Positions 1 to 11,717 of a DNA stretch of 34,948 nt are shown here, piece after piece (within the stretch, counting starts at the first letter, position 1; each line of letters starts with the position of its first letter). The notes under the pieces were generated by a model, which saw only the letters and a list, made by a program, of their open reading frames with translations, ran no database searches and had not been told where the DNA came from. The DNA comes from Octopus sinensis (taxonomy: Eukaryota), in contig NW_021831661.1 in NCBI RefSeq assembly GCF_006345805.1, positions 1 through 34,948 on the forward strand. Reading direction: 5' to 3'. A program made the position numbers and the translations under genes.

Positions 1-513
1 TTGTTATTTTCTGGGTTTAAATGTGATGTCTTTAATGAGATTGGTAAGATCTTGTTCGAAATTATCTAAGTTACGCTTACGAAGTGCATATATAACGTTT
101 GTCTCTTAGTCTGCGAATTATCTTACATTCAAAAACATATAATACGTATGTATATATTGGTATATTGAAATGGGAAAAAATGTATATATGTATATTTGTG
201 CGTATATGTATGTATGCATATAAATATGTTCGTTACCAATATGTATGAAGAATAATATTGACATAACTATAATAACTCTATGATATATTGATAAACCGAT
301 ATTGATTGTAAAATTAATATACTTATATCTTTCATAAACATCTTTTTATATATTATATTATATTCTATATTTTATTTTTCATATACTATCAGTTGTAAAT
401 AGCAGAATGCACCTAATCTAATATTAATAATAATAATATTAGTAATAACTGAGTATTATATGTACTTATGGATGTAGATGTGTATGTATGTTTCAGTATA
501 TATTATATATATA

Positions 514-642
514 GAGTGGATGTATACTCACAACATGAGGGGTAAACAGCGGTGGTGTAATTCCCCTACGGGTGAGTCACGTTATGTTGACAGTATGCAA
601 CCACTCCTTCGCTCCACCACCGCTCATGTCTCTTTGAGACAT
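514..642. other. Putative structured RNA element (long stem, pseudoknot and terminal hairpin)
   Basis: Pairings read by eye: 514-528/592-606, 531-538/582-589, GGGG 539-542/CCCC 563-566, loop AGCGGTGGTG 548-557/CACCACCGCT 615-624 (pseudoknot), hairpin ATGTCTC 626-632/GAGACAT 636-642. GC-rich island in AT-rich DNA. Confidence 0.45.
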
Positions 643-681
643 TTAGAAATTTAATATTTCCAATTTATATATATGTATGTC

Positions 682-720
<39 letters not shown>

Positions 721-722
<2 letters not shown>

Positions 723-1173
723 TCGTTACTTGTTTCAGTCATTTGACTGCGGCCATGCCGATGGACCGCCTTTAATCGAGCAACTCGACCCCGGACTTAT
801 TCTTTGTAAGCCCAGTACTTATTAGATCGGTCTATTTTGCCGAACCGCTAAGTGAGGGGACATAAACACACGAGTATCGGTTGTCAAGCGATGTTGGGGG
901 ACAAACGCAGACATACAAACACACGCGCACACAAACACACACACACATACACATATATATATATTATATTATATATATATATAATATATATATTATATAT
1001 ATATATATATACATATATACGTCGGGCTTTTTTCAGTTTCCATCTACCAAATACACTCACAAGGTTTTGGTCGGCCCGAGGCGATTGTAGAAGATACTTC
1101 CCCAAGGTGCCACGCAGTGGGACTGACCCGGAACCATGTGGTTGGTAAACAAGCTACTTACCCCACAGCCACT
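721..1173 (-). mobile_element. tRNA-derived SINE (family A) with internal (TA)/(TG) microsatellite and CR1-like 3' tail
   Basis: Minus strand starts AGTGGCTGTGGGGTAAG (A-box-like), then GGTTCCGGGTCAGTCCCACTGCGTGGCACC (B-box region), and ends GGCATGGCCGCAGTCAAATGACTGAAACAAGTAA. Decayed copies occur elsewhere in the window. Confidence 0.85.
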
Positions 1174-1239
1174 ATATATATATAATTATGTATAACCATA
1201 TATGTATGTATATATATATATAGACACACATATATATAT

Positions 1240-1272
<33 letters not shown>

Positions 1273-1329
1273 TCAAATGTGTGTATTTTGTTTATTTTAA
1301 ATTCATATTTGTATTTATTATTGTACATG

Positions 1330-1457
1330 ATAATCTCTGAGGAAACCTGGAGATATATACAAGTTCCTCATTTTCATCTGCCTATTACCTAATACACTTG
1401 ATTAATAAAGGCAGAATGAGATACTTTTATCTATGGGCTGAAACAGCTGCAAGTTAT
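1330..1457 (+). ncRNA. Degenerate minimal hammerhead ribozyme (PLE pLTR type)
   Basis: CTGAGGA 1337-1343, long imperfect stem II, GAAA 1440-1443, palindromic CAGCTG 1444-1449, CA instead of UH, weak stem I. Confidence 0.5.
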
Positions 1458-1557
1458 TTTACTAATTTATATTCATGTTGTTCAATAATTACTTGTATCC
1501 TTTTCTTATATGCTATATGTAAGTATGTTATTATAATTATGTATGTTATTATAATTA

Positions 1558-4500
1558 GTCTAGTGTTCGATTCGACACTCTTCCAGCAGCTCCTGCAACC
1601 AAGCTGGTGCCAAACGTAATGCTCTGCACTCCTTTGGACTATGTCAGCAAGGTCGAGAGAGGAATCCTGACGATTGGGCAACCAGGATTTTCATATTTCT
1701 AGCCCAGGCCTGCGCAAAACTGGAGAGGACACATCAGTGCTGCTGTAAAAAGTGGCAGAAATAACACGGGAGGTAACAGTCACGAGTGATAAGTCCATTC
1801 AGATTGGCGTAAGATATGGAAGCCACGGGACACCTCTGACGGTGGGGTGGACCTCCATGTCCCATTGGTTAGCTACTGCCTACCTGAAGCTAGGCAGCTC
1901 CCAGTTAATAAGTTGCTGACTCGCCACAGGCCGCCTGTTTCATTGGGTTCTTGGAGCTAAGAGTTTCACTTGAAAAACGGCCTGCAACCTCTGCACCAGG
2001 CAAACAACTAAAAGACAAGAAACCACCAGTCCTGCGGTTAGCAAGCTGGAATGTCAGGACCATGTGCCCTGGAATATCTGATGACCTACTCAGGGTTGAA
2101 GACACAAGAAAGACAGCCATCATTGACCGTGAACTAGAGAGGCTTAACATAGACATTGCTGGGTTGCAGGAGCCAAGACTCCCCTCAAACGGGAAAGTCA
2201 AAGAACAGGATTTCACCTTCTACTGAGCATCTATGCTCCCACTCTCTACGGGTCAGAGGAGACCAAGGACCAGTTCTACAAAGATCTCAACTGTGTCATT
2301 TAAAATATACCAACAAATGAAAACATCTACCTTCTGGGAGATTTTAACGCTCGCGTTGGATCTGACCATGATTCGTGGCCCATTTGTGTTGGATACACTG
2401 ATATTGGCAACATGAATGACAATGGTCAGAGACTACTAGAAATTTGCACATACCAAAACCTGTGCATCACCAACACATTCTTCGCCAACAAGACATCCCA
2501 CAAGGCATCTTGGAGACATTCAAGATCTCACCACTGGCATCAGCTGAATCTCATCATCGCACGAAGATCCTTTCTGAATTCTGTTCAACTGACCCGTAGT
2601 TACCACAGCGCAGATTGTGTCACACAGATCACTCACTAATTAGAAGGAGGGTGAGGATCCTGCCTAAAAAAGTCCATCACTCCAAGAAAATGTGCCGACC
2701 ACGCATTAACACTGCCAGAACCTCGGACCCTACACTGCGAAAATGTTTTGCTGTTTCTATCAAGGTTGCCCTCAGTAGCTGCCCAACCTCCTCTGCTGAA
2801 AGTAGGTGGAATTATATCAGGAAAGCTTTGTATACCACATCAATAGATACTTTCGGCATGAGAGAAAGGCAAAATCCAGATTAGTTCAGTGCTGGGCTCT
2901 CAGCTGGGAACAGTTATCGAAGCAAAGCGTGCAGCTCTGATGCAATACAAGAGTGATTCTTCTACAAAATCACTCGAAGAACTTAGAAAGGCAAGAAATA
3001 TAACCCAACTGACAGCCAGACACTGTGCAAATAGGTATTGGCAGAAAATCTGTCAGAGTATCCAGTCAGCTACTGACAGTGGCGATACCTGGTTTGAAGA
3101 AGGCCCTCGGTCCATCCGCAACTAGTCAGCCCCTCTGAAATCAACTACTGGAGATCTCATCAAGGACCAAAGGAAGCAAATGGATAGATGGGTTGAGTAC
3201 TACCAGGATCTCTACTCACGGGAGACCACGGTAGCTGAGACTGCAATCGAGAGTGTCAAGATCTTGCAAGTCATGTGCGAACTTGACAGTCCGCCATCTA
3301 TAGAAGAGCTATAGACGCCCTAGCAAGGGTATTGACACCTTAGCAAGTAGCAAGTCTCCGGGAAATGACGACATCCTCTCAGAGATCATCAAAGCCGGAA
3401 AAACCACAATCCTGCTTCGGTTACCCTCAGAGCTTCTGTGTCTGTGCTGGGAAGACGGTACAGTCCCTCCGGATATGCGGGATGCTAACATCCTTACGCT
3501 TTACAAAAACAAATGTGACTGTGGTGATTGTAACAATTACCATGGAATATCTCTTCTACGCACTGTTGGAAAGACTTTTGCTCGTGTTATCCTGTCCAGG
3601 CTACAACTCCTTGCTTCTCGAATTTATCCGAAATCGCAGTGTGGCTTTAGAAGAAGCATATCAACTATTGAAATGATATTCTCCATACGCCAACTCCAGA
3701 AGTCCAGAGAGCAGAAAATGCCATTATATAAGGCCTTCATTGATCTGACAATGGACTTTGACTTTGTAAGTAGAAAAGGCCTCTTCATCCTGCTCCTAAA
3801 AATCGGATGTCCACCAAAGCTGCTGAGGATTATCAAATCTTTCCATGATGATATGCAAGGCACCACACAGCACAATGGATCATCAGCCGCCTTCCAAATA
3901 AAAAACGGGGTAAAGCAAGGTTGTGTCCTTTTTCCTACATTATTTGGCACCTTCTCGATGCTGCTCTCACATGCCTTTCAGACATCAGATGATGGAGTGT
4001 TTCTGCAGAGTAGAAGTGACGGGAAGCTGTTCAATCTCTCGCGCCTGCGTGGCAAGACTAAAATCAGAAACGTCCTGATCAGGGAGATGCTATTTGCTGA
4101 TGATGCCGCTCTAGTATCACACACAGAAGAAGCATGTAACGACTTTGGCTTAGCTATCAGCCTTAAGAAGATCAACATCATGGGTCAGGCTACATTGGAC
4201 ATCACAAACATATATATTGGAGATTACAGATTACAGGAGGGGGAGAAGTTTACCTATCTCGGATCTACCGTCACCTACAACCTATCCCTTGACGCTGAGC
4301 TCAATATATGCATTGGCGAGGCAGCTTCTGTGATGGCCCAACTCTCCAAACGGGCATGGGACAACAATAAGCTGACCAAGAACACAAGAATGAAGATTTA
4401 ACAGGCATATGTACTTAGCCCTCTACTATATGAAAGTGAGACTTGGACGACATACACACGCCAAGAGCGTCGCCTAAATATCTTTCAGATGCGCTGCCTC

Positions 4501-5074
4501 CGGAAAATCCGTTGCATCAAATGGCAGAATTATGTTCCCAACAAAGATGTCCTCAGGCAAGCAGGAATACCAAGCATGTTTGCACTCCTCACACAAAGAC
4601 GTATGAGATGTCTTGGAAATGTTAGCCGTATGGAAGATGGCAGAATCCCCAAGGACATACTCTACGGAGAGCTTGCTAGGGGCACTAGGTCTGTGGGAAG
4701 ACCGTTCTTACGATTCAAGGATGATTACCAAAGGGACATGAAAGCCTACAACATCAATATTAGCTACTGGGAAGCAGTTGCCAGCAACCGTGGACTTTGG
4801 CGACGTACCGTAAAAGAGGGAACACAAAGGAGTGACATAGAGAGAAAGGAGAAATGGAAAGACAAGAAAAGACGTCAACAAGAAACTATGACATTACAAC
4901 CACTCAGGAAAAGTCTTAGCTACATCTGCGGTGCCTGCCGGAGGGAGTGTCTGTCCAGGATAGGACTACACAGCCACAGCAGGAGATGTATTAGGATATG
5001 AAATGTAAAAGCCGGACTAGATTATTTTATGCGCAACTCCATTGTCTCCCGACACAAAAATGATGCCAACAACA
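1558..5074 (+). mobile_element. RTE-clade LINE, near full length, inactivated
   Basis: APE endonuclease motifs (LASWNVRTM, IAGLQE, GDFNARVG), RT (GVKQGCVL, MLFADDAAL), C-terminal zinc finger (CGACRRECLSRIGLHSH), short (CAA)n tail, and 10-bp TSD ATTATAATTA at 1548-1557 and 5075-5084. Confidence 0.93.
1951..5001 (+). pseudogene. RTE APE-RT polyprotein, disrupted by stops, frameshifts and a deletion near 2226
   Basis: ORF pieces 1951-2226, 2412-2639, 2615-2884, 2889-3125, 3475-4401 and 4489-5001 are collinear parts of one RTE ORF. Confidence 0.9.
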
Positions 5075-5167
5075 ATTATAATTATCAGTGTAACAAATAA
5101 ATAAGTAAATATTTTAATGTCCTAAAGTTGATGAACCAACTATTGTTCTCCTCCATTTTCTTACTTG

Positions 5168-5212
<45 letters not shown>

Positions 5213-5318
5213 TGTATGTATATATATATGAGGGGGAAAACTATAGGAAAATTTGTTGTTCACAATGCACCACAATTTGAAAAACTTGTAATTGGTTTTA
5301 AATAATCTTATTTACATA

Positions 5319-5423
5319 CATACCAAACTAGTTTCAACAATATTTTTGATTTATTAATGGCAAAAATTTAAAATAATGAACGAGAAAAAACATGTTTCAA
5401 TGTTTACAAGTTTCAGTGATATG
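5319..5423 (-). ncRNA. Degenerate hammerhead-like motif near the 3' end of an unclassified minus-strand element (~5230-6120)
   Basis: Minus strand: CATATCA-CTGAAAC...TGTT-GAAA-CTAG-TT-TGGTATG. 7-bp stem I and palindromic helix III, but damaged core. Confidence 0.4.
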
Positions 5424-6130
5424 AAATATGATTTAAATATTCATAACATTCAATAATATAAAAGATGTGGAACATCTTGTTTGAATGCATAAAATTCAAA
5501 AGATCGATTAGAAATGTGTATCATCAGAGTTTCGGCCATACAGGGTAAAGAAGGAGGAAAACAAGGGAGAAACTGAGATAGTGGAAAAAAGGAAATCTTT
5601 GAGCACAATCCCTGTGAATCATTTTCCGTCGTGTGCAAGGACTTTGCTTGTAACGGCGTTTTTTGGAATTGGATGTATTTACAATTTTTTCCGTGAACCG
5701 ATCTGATATTTGCTTCATTGAATTATAGGTGACGTCTAATTTTTCTGGTGGGCAAGGTTGTGGTTCTGCCTGATGGGCTTCCCTGTGGGGACGGGCATAA
5801 GCCATTCCAGTTGGTTTGATTGTCTTAAAGCGTTCGGTTCTGATCAGATGTAAAATTTCAATGATTTATGTGACATCAGCAACTGGTGTTTATATGGTGG
5901 TATTGTATGGCGATTTGGATTTGCTATTTCGAAACCCGCGTTGAAGACTGGTACTAAATATTTTTGAATTATGTCTGTTGTATCTCGTTTTTTATTGTGG
6001 AAAAATTGTTTCTTTTCCTTTTTCTGTTTAGTGTTTAAACAGAGGTGAATAAGAGAGAATGAATTAAACGATATTCTTTATTCTATAACACTACCATTGT
6101 ATATTGTTCAGATGATGTAATTAATATATA

Positions 6131-6417
6131 GCGCATGACTCAGTGGTTAGAGCGTGGAGCTTACAATCGTGAGGTTGTGGGTTCGAATCCCAACCCAGGC
6201 TGTGTGTTGTGTTCTTGAGCAAGACAGGTGTAGAAATGAATTGCGACGTCACAGGTTCCAAGTTGTATCGGCAGTTGCCTCTCCCTTATATAGAGATGTG
6301 AGGCCGGTATGCATGGGCGACTGCTGATCTTCCATAAACAAACTTGCCCGGACTTGTGCCTGGGAGGGTAACTTTCTAGGTGCAATCCCACGGTCAGTCA
6401 TGACCGACGGGGGTCTC
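6131..6417 (+). mobile_element. tRNA-derived SINE (family B)
   Basis: A-box-like TGACTCAGTGG and B-box GGTTCGAATCC in a tRNA-like head, followed by a non-tRNA body (TGTTCTTGAGCAAGAC...). Confidence 0.8.
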
Positions 6418-6661
6418 AGCTCAATCCTTACCATCTATCGTAGGTGTAAAATATGCTTTTAGGTGAGTATTTCAATAAGTTCTACGTTAGATCATACTAT
6501 CATTTCACAGACACATGTTCCACCTTTGATGAATGGCAGTGATCACACAAGATATTAACCATATCATCTCATCAATGAACTACGGGTGTGATGTATAGAC
6601 ACAATTGCAGGGATATGGAATAAAGAATGTCGTTGAAACCATTCGCTTAGTCCTCATCAGC

Positions 6662-6835
6662 TATGTATGTATGTATGTATGTATGTATGTATGTATGTAT
6701 GTATGTATGTATGTATGTATGTATGTATGAATGTATGTATGTATGTATGTATGTATGTATGTATGTATGTATGTGTGTATGAATGTATGTATGTATGTAT
6801 GTATGTATGTATGTATGTATGTATGTATGTATGTG
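6662..6835. repeat. (ATGT)n microsatellite
   Basis: Directly visible tetranucleotide array. Confidence 0.97.
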
Positions 6836-6850
6836 TGTGCCTCTCTTTCC

Positions 6851-7070
6851 TCTTTTACTTGTTTCAGCAACTCGACTGCTTTGCAGCAGGAGAATCACCT
6901 TGAAGTATGAAATTCGAACCCTGGTACTTACCCTGTCGACCGCTTATGCGAAATCCCTAACTGACGAGGAATTAAACGCACTAACCTAAGTTGTGAAGAA
7001 GTAGTGAGTACAAACATAGAGACTAAGTCACACTCACACACACTCGCACACATATGTATATGATATAATT
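6851..7070 (-). mobile_element. Old 3' fragment of SINE family A
   Basis: CTTTTACTTGTTTCAG... aligns loosely with 721-920. Confidence 0.55.
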
Positions 7071-7084
7071 ACATATATATATGA

Positions 7085-7530
7085 AAGAGTTAGGACTCTA
7101 GTCCATGGAGCGAAAACCGGAGAGGTATGTAGTGATATGTGTGGAAGTTACTAGGGAAGCTGGTATCAAACTTTGGAATTCAGAATTATACCAGACCTCG
7201 AATTGGACGTCACTGCACTGTTCCAAAAGTCCCGGGGTCTCATTTAATATTAGGAGAATGTACTGCAATAGTTTGAGGTTCAAGTGCTCACCGATTTTTC
7301 ACGCCTTGCCAACACATCTGAGGAGTGGGTGTAGATGTTACAACATACAACTTGACCTCTTGCTATCCAAGTGAACCAATATCAGGGCAGGAAACTCAAA
7401 AGACTGCAGCGGTAGTGAACTCCGGCCAATCTCATAAACTCGGCCAGTCATTCGAAAATTATTTACATTGGTGGGGCCCCAGCATCGAAACAGCCTCAGG
7501 GTTAAAACATATAAAAGAATAAAAGAATAT
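7085..7530 (+). mobile_element. CR1/L2-type LINE, short 3' fragment
   Basis: Translates to LGL*SMERKPERYVVIC...NSLRFKCSPIFHALP...LDLLL, resembling the C-terminus of the CR1 ORF at 26873-27412. Ends in (TAAAAGAA)2. Confidence 0.75.
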
Positions 7531-7536
7531 ATATAT

Positions 7537-8257
7537 ATATGAATGAAGGTTTGAAAATGCAATTTTAAAAGATGTTTATTTACTTGACCGGTTTCACTCT
7601 TTTAGAAAAAGATTGTCAGAAGTAACATGTAAAAGCTTTGTTGTGTTTGGTACTGATTGTCTACAATACATACACACATTCCTTGATAAAGCATTGAACA
7701 TTTAGGTTGTATATAAATGAACAATGAGGGAGATATGTTTAGTTTGAACTGACCTGATTCACCATACTATCGTAAAAGCTTTTACGATAATATGGTGAAT
7801 CAGGTCAGTTCAAGCTAAACATAGCTCCCTCATTGTACATTTATATACTACCAAAATGTAACCTTTTTGAACTTATAATTTTCTGTGTGTATATATACAG
7901 ATACAATACCAATTTTCCTCTGAACTTTTTAATAATTCTTTCTGTAAGCTGCTTTTAACATTCTATTTTTATTATCAAAGAATGTATATATGTATTGTAA
8001 TCTTTTGTACCCAATATTTTAATGAACTTGTCAAATTTCTTTTATATTTTCACAAGATTTTCCCTTGTAACTGTGTTTAACATATTCTTATTATTATCAA
8101 AGTATGTATATATGTATTGTAATATTTTGTGACAACCAGTACCTAACACAACAAAGATTTTACATGTTGCTTTTGACAATTCTTTCTAAATAAGTGAAAC
8201 CGGTCAAGTAAATAAAGATTTTTTAACATTGCATTTTCAAACCTTTTTTCATATATA
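7537..8257. repeat. Fold-back palindromic element with a degenerate hammerhead in each arm
   Basis: Zero-spacer centre AAAAG|CTTTT at 7778/7779. Inner arms ~7701-7778 and 7779-7856 differ at about 6 positions. Outer arms ~7537-7690 match ~8090-8257. The right arm contains ~120-bp tandem copies. Hammerhead motifs at 7580-7625 (-) and 8167-8211 (+). Confidence 0.85.
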
Positions 8258-8281
8258 TTTCCACTCGTGCGGTACTTTACA

Positions 8282-8328
8282 ACTCGAAACATTACGTACG
8301 ACAGTGGTTCGTACGTAATGTTTCGAGT
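8282..8328. repeat. Perfect 20-bp inverted repeat with 7-nt loop
   Basis: ACTCGAAACATTACGTACGA-CAGTGGT-TCGTACGTAATGTTTCGAGT. Confidence 0.95.
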
Positions 8329-8790
8329 GTATGGGCGCACGAATAAATCACAGCTTAATCAAGACCATGTTCATAATTTTTTCCGCCATCCTCGGTATTG
8401 TGCATTGGGAGCTTTTTCAGGGAGGACGTTTGGGGAAAATGACCGGATCTGGATTCGCGAAATATTGAATTCTTCACGACAACAATGCACCTATCACCTC
8501 AATCGTAAGTTTCTTGCCAAAAACAACATGCTATCGCATCCGCACATGCCCTATTCGCGTGATTTACCACCTGCTGACTTGCATCCGTTCCTCAAGATGA
8601 CAAATCAGCTCAGAGGTCGAGATCAAGAGCAAACTTAACATCATTGTCGAAATCAAGAGGTCCTCGACTCGCCTATGGAAAACTACGTCCAGGCCGGATT
8701 TCAAAAGTGTCAGAAAAGCTGGGGCAGTTGTATTATTGCTCAGGTAACATAAGTTACTTTTATTAAACATAGCTCGTTCAGAAAATTTAT
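8309..8790 (+). mobile_element. Mariner transposon deletion derivative (copy 1)
   Basis: Fragments translate to IKTMFIIFF, HDNNAP, FLAKNNM and PHMPYSRDLPPAD (mariner YSPDLAP motif). Confidence 0.8.
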
Positions 8791-8796
8791 ATATAC

Positions 8797-8928
8797 GACG
8801 GGTTTCCTTCAGTTACCGTGTACCCAATTAATTAACATACACGGGTTTGTTCGGTTGGAGAGCAGAGTACACGCAGAAGGACTGAATACAGAAGCAAAAT
8901 TCTTATCACACAGCAATGCCAACGCCTA
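8797..8928 (-). mobile_element. Internally deleted 5' part of SINE family A
   Basis: GACGGGTTTCCTTCAGTTACCG...CACGCAGAAGGACTGAA...ACGCCTA is homologous to 1020-1173. Confidence 0.65.
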
Positions 8929-9201
8929 AGCATATGCACACACAACCACACACACACACACACACACATACACAATACACACACACACGTATGACGGAAA
9001 TGGAAAATGGATTTTACGAGATTCGTTAATCATTACTGCCGTTTCAACCCGTCTTCAATCGGCCCCTCACGGATGAGATAATGGTCGAGTGGCCGCGGTG
9101 CATCTTTCTTTGCAGATGTTTCTCATCAGTTGATATTTCAAAAAGTACTCTGCTCAATAAGCTCGGTTTCACTTGGTTCGATTTTAAAGTATTTCGTTAC
9201 T

Positions 9202-9227
9202 TAATAATAATAATAATAATAATAATA

Positions 9228-9264
<37 letters not shown>

Positions 9265-9445
9265 TTTAGTACGAATAAGGTGAAGAAGGAGAAGAAAAAG
9301 AAGAAGAAGAAAAAGAAGAAGAAAAAAGAAGAAGAAGAAGAAGAAGAAAAAGAAGAAGAAGAAAAAAGAAAAGAAGGAGAAGAAGAAGAACAACAACAAC
9401 AACAGCAACAACAAAAACAACGACAACAACAACAATAATAACAAC
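9202..9445. repeat. Compound (AAT)n/(GAA)n/(CAA)n microsatellite
   Basis: Directly visible. Confidence 0.95.
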
Positions 9446-9607
9446 GAAGAAGTCAGTGATGAAGAAAAAGTAATATAAGTAGCAAAAAAACAGACAAGAT
9501 GGACAAGCAAAACAATAACAAGAAAATTGGGAATGAGGATAGAAATGATAATAAAAATATATCAACATAAGTAAAATTATCAGACATACACACAGACACA
9601 AACGTAC

Positions 9608-9737
9608 GAGGGACACAGCAGACGTTGTTTTATGTTGTGGACGACTAGCTACATTAACATCCTTCCTAAAGAAATTGAAATGGCATATGCAGCCATCACA
9701 CTGGACAGTTTGACCAAATTGCCCCAGCTGTAGCTCA
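9608..9737 (-). CDS. Candidate host-gene exon (130 bp), product unknown
   Basis: Non-repetitive island with acceptor TTTTCTATTTGTACAG and donor CTC|GTACGT. One open frame (ELQLGQFGQTVQCDGCICHF...SAVSL) and one frame ending in a hydrophobic tail (SYSWGNLVKLSSVMAAYAISISLGRMLM*). Confidence 0.4.
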
Positions 9738-10659
9738 CTGTACAAATAGAAAATGACGACTACCAACTTCAACAGGTCATGTAATTGTAGAGTTTAAAAT
9801 AACTCATATTATTGAATCAGTATCTCAAAAGAGTGAGGATGAATATATTTCTATACTTTCTTCTCTTGAAGTGAGTATAACTCTGCATAAATATATATTT
9901 CATAATATACCCACCTATAGACACAAATGCAAACATAGATATTCACGTACAATCGTACACTCATACACAAAATGTTAGACAGTTAGGCAGACATACAGAC
10001 ACAAACACTCATAGACACCTAACATAGACACATAGACACACTCTAACATGAAAATAGTAGCAGAACATTAGTTAGAGATAGAGAGAGAAAAAGGAAGATG
10101 AGAAGACATTAAGTTCCTAGAAAAAATTCATAAATAAAATAATATAAAAAAACTTAAGCAACTTACATTTTCTGTAAACTTGGAAGATTCTGAAAGGATC
10201 CTTGTGGGATGGTTGAGATCTTATTCCTATTGAGATCTCTGAAACATAAAACACAGTTCAAAAGAAAGAGTATTAAAAAGATTTCTTATAAAATATTAAA
10301 TCTTGTATCTTTAGAATCATATTAATAAAAAGAGGATGATGAAGAAGAAAATGGCCGCGATGATGTTGTTGATGATGTGGAGGATGAGGATTGCGATGTT
10401 GATTGTAAATGTTGTAATAATGACGGTGAGAAGGAAAAATGATGATGATTATTATCGAAAAGGATGACAAACGCTACCGATTAATTGGTGATGACGACGT
10501 TGATTATTATGAGTTTCATAACGAAGGTGATGATGATTCTGCATGCTAGAAATAGCAGAGTAAATGAGGGAAGGAAATAGTTATGATGACATGATAAATT
10601 ATAACGATTAGTGAATACGAAAATATGATTAGCAGAAGGACTATGAATATGATAGCGCT

Positions 10660-10676
10660 GAAGATGATACTGATGA

Positions 10677-10716
<40 letters not shown>

Positions 10717-10728
10717 GATGATGACGAC

Positions 10729-10762
<34 letters not shown>

Positions 10763-10832
10763 GTGATGACGATGATGATGATGATGACGATGATGACGAT
10801 GGTGACGATGATGATGGTGACGATGATGATGA
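10660..10832. repeat. (GAT)n microsatellite
   Basis: Directly visible. Confidence 0.96.
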
Positions 10833-11240
10833 AAGATGCGATAAAAAATTAGAAATTGAAAAGATTAACGAAAAAGGTGAAGGAAAATAAATCATAGAAC
10901 GGATAAATAGAGAGAGAAGAAGAAGAAGAAGCGAAAATGATTCATGAAGAGAGGAGAAAGCAGTTGATTAAAAGCAGAAGAACCAGAATATGATGAACAA
11001 GATGAATGTAGAGAAAAAGTTGTGAAGAAGACGATAAATGCAGGAAAAGAAGATATATTAAGACAAGAAAAATGACGTGGAATATCAGAATGGGGAAACA
11101 AGTGGGAATAAAAGAATATTAATACAAATACTGTACTCACACATCAAACAAACGCAAACATATATTTATATACATATATACACATTTATGTATTTGTCTT
11201 GCAAGAACTTTTATGTGAAATCGTGTGTTGAAACATATAT

Positions 11241-11717
11241 TTGTTGTATTTAGGAATGGTCATTTTGTCAGTTTAGCCTATAAAACACACGCACTATATA
11301 TTTGGTATTACTTTGCTTCAGCGTTATTTAATTTTACATTAATCTTAATCTTATTTCGGCCAGAGTTCTTTCGTCACACACCTGTGACCTCATCAGTGGT
11401 CCTTTGCTTTCTTCTTTCATGTTTGTGTGTCTCTCCTTACTAACGGTCAGCCATTTTGTATTTTGTATTTCTATTGTATGTGTTTTCATTTGCGCATTGA
11501 TATACCTCTATATTTGTCTATGTTTAGTTAGAGTGTGTGTGTGTCGGGTGGAGGGAATGTCTGTAATATTTATATCTACTGTTTATATACGTTCGAAAGA
11601 ACTCTAGCCGAAATAAGATTAAGATTAACGTCAAAAATAAATAACACTGAAGCAAAGTAACACCAAATATATAGTGCGTGTGTTTTTATTGACTAAACTG
11701 GCTATATGACCATTCCT

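Noticed and set aside
5524-5805. 93-aa minus-strand ORF as a gene
   Set aside because: No recognisable domain or splice support; it lies in an unclassified repeat-like segment.
6131-6205. tRNA gene
   Set aside because: A and B boxes are present but there is no clean acceptor stem, and it continues into a SINE body.
6630-6662. CTGATGAGGAC on the minus strand
   Set aside because: No correctly placed GAAA or closing stems.
9030-9132. CTGATGA...GAAA-CGGCAG-TA on the minus strand
   Set aside because: Stems I and II do not pair convincingly.
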